Of a DNA stretch of 64,000 nucleotides, positions 59,314 through 64,000 are shown in pieces. The stretch's first letter is position 1; every line of letters starts with the position of its first letter. Under the pieces are notes generated by a model that ran no database searches, was not told the origin of the DNA, and worked only from the letters and a program-made list of their open reading frames with translations. The stretch is taken from NCBI RefSeq assembly GCF_058153355.1, contig NZ_CM177019.1, one strand, 5' to 3'. Position numbers and translations under genes: made by a program.

Positions 59314-59340
59314 GCCGGAGGCAAGCTTCCTCCGGCTTTA
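59314..59340. terminator. Bidirectional terminator between dcuC and dpiA
   Basis: GCCGGAGGCAAGCTTCCTCCGGC hairpin followed by TTTATC. Confidence 0.55.
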
Positions 59341-59345
59341 TCATG

Positions 59346-60026
59346 TCACCCACTGTGGTATATGCGTTGCGGTCTGCCAACTTTGCCGTGAACAATTTCA
59401 GCAATAATCAGATGGCGGCTGGCGCAATATTCAAGATAACGTCTGGCAGTGGTGCGGCTGATAGTCAGTGCCTGCGCCACCGTTTCTGCCGTATGTTGCA
59501 CACCAGGCTCTTTAAACAGTTTTCGCACCGCGTTTAGCGTCAAGGGGTCAATGCCGGTCGGCAGTTCGTCTTTGGGTTCACCGCGAGCATAGGCATTAAA
59601 CATCTCATCGATTTGCTTCTGGCTGGCGCTATCAATACTTTCCAGCATATGTTTACGCTGGCGGAAACGGGTTAGCGTTTGCCCCAGCCGTTCATAGGCA
59701 ATTGGCTTAATGAGATAATCAAATACACCACAACGTACGGCTTCAGACACCGTTTCCATATCACTGGCTGCAGTGGTAAACACCACGTCGCCGGGATAAT
59801 GCGCCTGCACCAGTTCATGCAGTAAATTAATCCCTCTACCGTCAGGAAGATAGTTATCGAGCAAGATTAGCCCCGGCTTAAAACGCTCGATCATCATTCG
59901 GGCCTGCGCCAGGTTTCCCGCCAGTAATATCTGACTGAATCCGGGAATGTGACGAATATATTCCGCATGCATCTCTGCCAGCGGCGTTTCGTCCTCAACG
60001 ATCAATAGGGTTAATGGAGCTGTCAT
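59346..60026 (-). CDS. dpiA: DpiA/CitB response regulator (226 aa)
   Basis: Receiver domain (LIVEDETPLAEMH..., conserved Asp) plus C-terminal HTH. Confidence 0.92.
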   Translation of the reverse strand: MTAPLTLLIVEDETPLAEMHAEYIRHIPGFSQILLAGNLAQARMMIERFKPGLILLDNYLPDGRGINLLHELVQAHYPGDVVFTTAASDMETVSEAVRCGVFDYLIKPIAYERLGQTLTRFRQRKHMLESIDSASQKQIDEMFNAYARGEPKDELPTGIDPLTLNAVRKLFKEPGVQHTAETVAQALTISRTTARRYLEYCASRHLIIAEIVHGKVGRPQRIYHSG

Positions 60027-61653
60027 TAGGTTTCACTTTCGGAATATAGATTGAAAATAAGGTACCGCAGGGATCATTATCTTCGAGAGTGATAACACCA
60101 CCGCAGCGCGTTACGTAGCTGGCAATCAAGTACAACCCAATGCCATGTTCGCCGGGCTCGTCAGCACGCGTACTGACACCCTGCTCAAATATTTTGTCTC
60201 GTAGAGACTCTGGAACGCCGCAGCCCTGATCGGCGACTTCAATCACCACATCATCGCCTTCATCGCTGAGGAATAATTCAACGATCTTGTTTCCTTCATC
60301 GCTACGCAGGCTGGCTTCGAAGGCGTTATCAAGTAAATTGCCAATAATGGCTGCAAACTCGGTGCTGTCCAGTCCTGGCGGCAGTTGCGAAAGCTGACTT
60401 CCGGGGACGATGACCATTTTTAGCCCCAGTTCGCGGGCGCGCTGCACTTTACCAAAAAGCAGCCCCGCCACCTGGCGATCGGCAAACGCCTCGCGCAGGC
60501 TATCAATAAGCTGTTGCTGGGCCTGAGACTCCCCCTGCACCATCGCCAACACGCGATCATACTCTTTCATCTGCAACAGACCATTGAGCGTCGACATCCA
60601 ATTGAGATGCTCGTGTCGCAATGTGCGCAGGCTCTCGACGTATTGTTTAATTTGCGTCAGTTGTGCATTGAGGGTGGATATTTCGTCTTTACTACGAAAG
60701 CTGATAATGGCCCCCAGCAAATCATCACCAGAACGAATAGCTTCCCGGTTGGCAATAACGCTCAGACCGTTAAAGTTCGCCACCACATCCTGACGTTTTT
60801 CATCAATCTGTTCGGTAAAGAAATCGGCGGGCCTGACCACTTCAGCAATGGGTTTACCCAACCATTGCCGTCCGGGGGAACTTAGCCCCAGCATCTTTCT
60901 TGCGTTACGATTGATGGCGGTAATGTAACCGTGCGGATCCACCGCAATCAGCCCTTCATAAACCGAACTAAACAGCGCCTCTTGCTGACGGACCACGCGT
61001 GCGATTTGCTTTGGCTCCATGCCCATCATTTGCCGACGGATATGCGCGGCCAGGAACCACGACAGCAACATCAGAATCCCTAACAGCACGACAAACACGC
61101 CAGCCATCGGTAATAAAAACTCAGCCCGCCAGCTATCGATTTTACTCACCAGGTAGCCAATCGACACCACGCCGATGACTTTTCCATCGTCATCAAAGAT
61201 TGGCGTTTTGGCACGCATCGCCATGCCAATTGACCCTTTCCCGGTGATAAAGTAGCTCTCCCCTTTCTCCAGCGCGCCCGGTTTGGTGAACTGCATAGGA
61301 TAACCAATTTTCTCCGGATTAGGATGGTAAAGACGAATCGAGTGCCGATCGCCAATCACCACATAATCGAAATCAGTATCTCTTTGTAATTTGTCAGCGA
61401 TGGTCGCCAACCTCTTGTAGTCACGCGTTTTCACTGCGCTGATGATACTGTCATTAGAAGCAATAATTTTTGCCTGATTCATTGCCATGTCGCGCACATG
61501 AAGCGTTAAATAGTCCTCAAAACTGGCCGTAAAATATTGCGCCAGGGCTGCAATGACAAATATTGAGAACACCAGAATCAGCAAAAAGATACGCAGCGGA
61601 AATGCCAGTCTTTGGAAAAATGCAAACTGTTTATTCTCGTTAAGCTGCAACAT
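59995..61653 (-). CDS. dpiB: DpiB/CitA citrate-sensing histidine kinase (552 aa)
   Basis: ATG at 61653 after AAGGAAAAC gives MLQLNENKQFAFFQRL...; periplasmic PAS, H-box (LRHEHLNW) and HATPase; 3' end overlaps dpiA by 32 nt. Confidence 0.9.
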   Translation of the reverse strand: MLQLNENKQFAFFQRLAFPLRIFLLILVFSIFVIAALAQYFTASFEDYLTLHVRDMAMNQAKIIASNDSIISAVKTRDYKRLATIADKLQRDTDFDYVVIGDRHSIRLYHPNPEKIGYPMQFTKPGALEKGESYFITGKGSIGMAMRAKTPIFDDDGKVIGVVSIGYLVSKIDSWRAEFLLPMAGVFVVLLGILMLLSWFLAAHIRRQMMGMEPKQIARVVRQQEALFSSVYEGLIAVDPHGYITAINRNARKMLGLSSPGRQWLGKPIAEVVRPADFFTEQIDEKRQDVVANFNGLSVIANREAIRSGDDLLGAIISFRSKDEISTLNAQLTQIKQYVESLRTLRHEHLNWMSTLNGLLQMKEYDRVLAMVQGESQAQQQLIDSLREAFADRQVAGLLFGKVQRARELGLKMVIVPGSQLSQLPPGLDSTEFAAIIGNLLDNAFEASLRSDEGNKIVELFLSDEGDDVVIEVADQGCGVPESLRDKIFEQGVSTRADEPGEHGIGLYLIASYVTRCGGVITLEDNDPCGTLFSIYIPKVKPNDSSINPIDR

Positions 61654-61754
61654 TGTTTTCCTTGCGGGTTGTCCCGAGCCTCTTTGACGGATGTAATTAA
61701 AATGTTGAATCAAAATACATAGATATTAAATATAATCGTGGCAAATTTTATTCA

Positions 61755-61787
61755 TTAAATCAATTAAATCAATTAAATCACTTAAAC
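61755..61787. repeat. Tandem AT-rich decamer repeats in the dpiB-citC control region
   Basis: TTAAATCAATTAAATCAATTAAATCACTTAAA, about three copies of TTAAATCAAT. Confidence 0.5.
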
Positions 61788-62041
61788 CTGCGGGTCATTT
61801 CGTAATTACATTAATTAAAAAACTTAAAACCATTAAATAAATAAAAAACCACTAACTCTATGTGAAATAAATCAAAATTTCACGCTGCAATACTCCTTAG
61901 GATGTATAGCGAAAGGAGAAAAAGATATACCTCGATCGCCCCCCTTTCTCCCAAGTGAAAATAAAAGGTTATCAATTTGCAACATCGAACAACATTCGTT
62001 GCAAATCGATAACAACATGCACCTTCAGGATACTATTTATT

Positions 62042-63100
62042 ATGTTCGGCAATGATATTTTCACCCGTGTAAAACGTTCAGAAAATAAAAAAATGGCGGA
62101 AATCGCCCAATTCCTGCATGAAAATGATTTGAGCGTTGACACCACAGTCGAAGTATTTATTACCGTAACCCGCGATGAAAAGCTTATCGCGTGCGGTGGA
62201 ATTGCCGGAAATATTATTAAATGCGTTGCTATCAGTGAATCCGTTCGCGGTGAAGGACTGGCGCTGACATTAGCCACTGAATTGATAAACCTCGCCTATG
62301 AGCGGCACAGCACGCATCTGTTTATTTATACCAAAACCGAATACGAGGCGCTGTTCCGCCAGTGCGGTTTTTCCACGCTGACCAGTGTACCCGGCGTGAT
62401 GGTGCTGATGGAAAACAGCGCCACGCGACTGAAACGCTATGCCGAATCGCTGAAAAAATTTCGTCATCCAGGGAACAAGATTGGCTGCATTGTGATGAAC
62501 GCCAATCCCTTTACGAATGGTCACCGTTATCTGATTCAACAGGCTGCAGCACAGTGCGACTGGTTGCACCTGTTTTTAGTTAAAGAAGATTCTTCACGCT
62601 TTCCCTATGAAGACCGGCTGGATCTGGTGTTAAAAGGCACCGCCGATATTCCACGCCTGACTGTGCATCGCGGCTCCGAATACATCATCTCCCGCGCTAC
62701 GTTCCCTTGCTACTTCATTAAAGAACAGAGCGTCATTAACCATTGTTACACCGAAATTGATCTGAAGATTTTCCGTCAGTACCTCGCTCCCGCGCTGGGT
62801 GTAACTCACCGCTTTGTCGGTACTGAACCCTTTTGTCGCGTTACCGCCCAGTACAACCAGGATATGCGCTACTGGCTGGAAACGCCGACTATCTCCGCAC
62901 CGCCCATCGAACTGGTTGAAATTGAGCGGCTGCGTTACCAGGAGATGCCGATATCCGCTTCCCGGGTACGTCAACTGCTGGCGAAAAACGATCTCACGGC
63001 TATCGCGCCGCTGGTCCCTGCAGTCACGCTGCATTATTTGCAGAACCTGCTTGAGCACTCCCGCCAGGACGCGGCAGCTCGTCAAAAGACCCCCGCATGA
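62042..63100 (+). CDS. citC: [Citrate (pro-3S)-lyase] ligase CitC (352 aa)
   Basis: MFGNDIFTRVKRSENKKMAEIAQFLHENDL... from ATG at 62042; GNAT-like N-terminus and nucleotidyltransferase region. Confidence 0.9.
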   Translation: MFGNDIFTRVKRSENKKMAEIAQFLHENDLSVDTTVEVFITVTRDEKLIACGGIAGNIIKCVAISESVRGEGLALTLATELINLAYERHSTHLFIYTKTEYEALFRQCGFSTLTSVPGVMVLMENSATRLKRYAESLKKFRHPGNKIGCIVMNANPFTNGHRYLIQQAAAQCDWLHLFLVKEDSSRFPYEDRLDLVLKGTADIPRLTVHRGSEYIISRATFPCYFIKEQSVINHCYTEIDLKIFRQYLAPALGVTHRFVGTEPFCRVTAQYNQDMRYWLETPTISAPPIELVEIERLRYQEMPISASRVRQLLAKNDLTAIAPLVPAVTLHYLQNLLEHSRQDAAARQKTPA

Positions 63101-63114
63101 GAAACAGGTGAAAA

Positions 63115-63411
63115 ATGAAAATAAACCAGCCCGCCGTTGCAGGCACCCTTGAGTCTGGGGATGTGATGATACGCATCGCCCCACTCGATACGCAGGATAT
63201 CGACCTGCAAATCAACAGCAGCGTTGAAAAACAGTTTGGTGATGCCATTCGCACCACCATTCTGGACGTTCTCGCCCGCTACAACGTGCGCGGCGTACAG
63301 CTGAATGTCGATGACAAAGGCGCACTGGACTGCATTTTACGTGCACGACTGGAAGCCCTGCTGGCACGCGCCAGCGGTATCCCGGCTCTGCCATGGGAGG
63401 ATTGCCAATGA
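63115..63411 (+). CDS. citD: Citrate lyase acyl carrier protein (gamma subunit) CitD (98 aa)
   Basis: [25 protein letters not shown]...; Ser in ESGDV region is the prosthetic-group attachment site. Confidence 0.93.
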
Positions 63412-64000
63412 TTTCCGCTTCGCTGCAACAACGTAAAACTCGCACCCGCCGCAGCATGTTGTTTGTGCCTGGTGCCAATGCCGCGATGGTCAGCAACTCA
63501 TTCATCTACCCGGCTGATGCCCTGATGTTTGACCTCGAAGACTCCGTAGCATTACGTGAAAAAGACACCGCCCGCCGCATGGTTTACCACGCGCTGCAAC
63601 ATCCGCTGTATCGCGATATTGAAACCATTGTGCGTGTAAACGCGCTGGATTCCGAATGGGGTGTCAACGACCTGGAAGCCGTCGTTCGCGGTGGTGCGGA
63701 CGTTGTGCGTCTGCCGAAAACCGATACCGCTCAGGATGTTCTGGATATCGAAAAAGAGATCCTGCGTATCGAAAAAGCCTGTGGTCGTGAACCCGGCAGT
63801 ACCGGCTTGCTGGCGGCGATTGAATCTCCGCTGGGCATTACCCGCGCAGTGGAAATCGCTCACGCTTCCGAGCGTTTGATCGGTATCGCCCTCGGTGCAG
63901 AAGACTATGTGCGCAACCTGCGTACAGAACGCTCCCCGGAAGGAACTGAACTGCTGTTCGCTCGCTGCTCCATTTTGCAGGCCGCGCGATCTGCGGGTAT
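63408..64000 (+). CDS. citE: Citrate lyase beta subunit CitE, 5' part (3' end outside window)
   Basis: ATG overlaps citD stop (ATGA); [47 protein letters not shown]... (HpcH/HpaI aldolase-like); frame remains open to the window end. Confidence 0.9.

Overview
This window is a contiguous stretch of Escherichia coli core chromosome, gene-for-gene syntenic with the K-12 fldA–fur–chiPQ–glnS–nagEBACD–asnB–tRNA(metT operon)–ubiF–miaB–ybeZYX–lnt–gltIJKL–rihA–hscC–djlC/ybeU/ybeT/djlB/ybeR/ybeQ–ybeL–leuS–lptE–holA–nadD–cobC–rsfS–rlmH–mrdAB–rlpA–dacA–ybeD–lipB–ybeF–lipA–tatE–ybeM–crcB–cspE–pagP–dcuC–dpiAB–citCDE region, in inverted orientation relative to K-12 numbering. Gene identities come from reading the supplied translations and from remembered K-12 protein lengths and gene order; no database search was run. 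Against that conserved backbone, several things stand out. (1) A ~1.28 kb IS110-family insertion sequence, which I recognise as IS621 or a very close relative, sits inside a REP palindrome between nagD and asnB and carries its non-coding bridge-RNA region and a split promoter that would only assemble on circularisation. (2) A 625-aa rhomboid protease fused to a C-terminal YVTN-type beta-propeller lies between lnt and gltI, where I recall K-12 having an IS5 copy instead. (3) djlC is split by a frameshift. (4) ybeQ carries an in-frame amber codon inside a Sel1 repeat. (5) ybeM is intact here, whereas I recall it as a pseudogene in K-12. The hscC neighbourhood is also a tandemly duplicated three-gene module (Sel1 protein / DUF1266 protein / tail-anchored J-protein) of largely unknown function. 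The rest is ordinary housekeeping sequence with recognisable tRNAs, terminators, REP elements and a few known regulatory sites.
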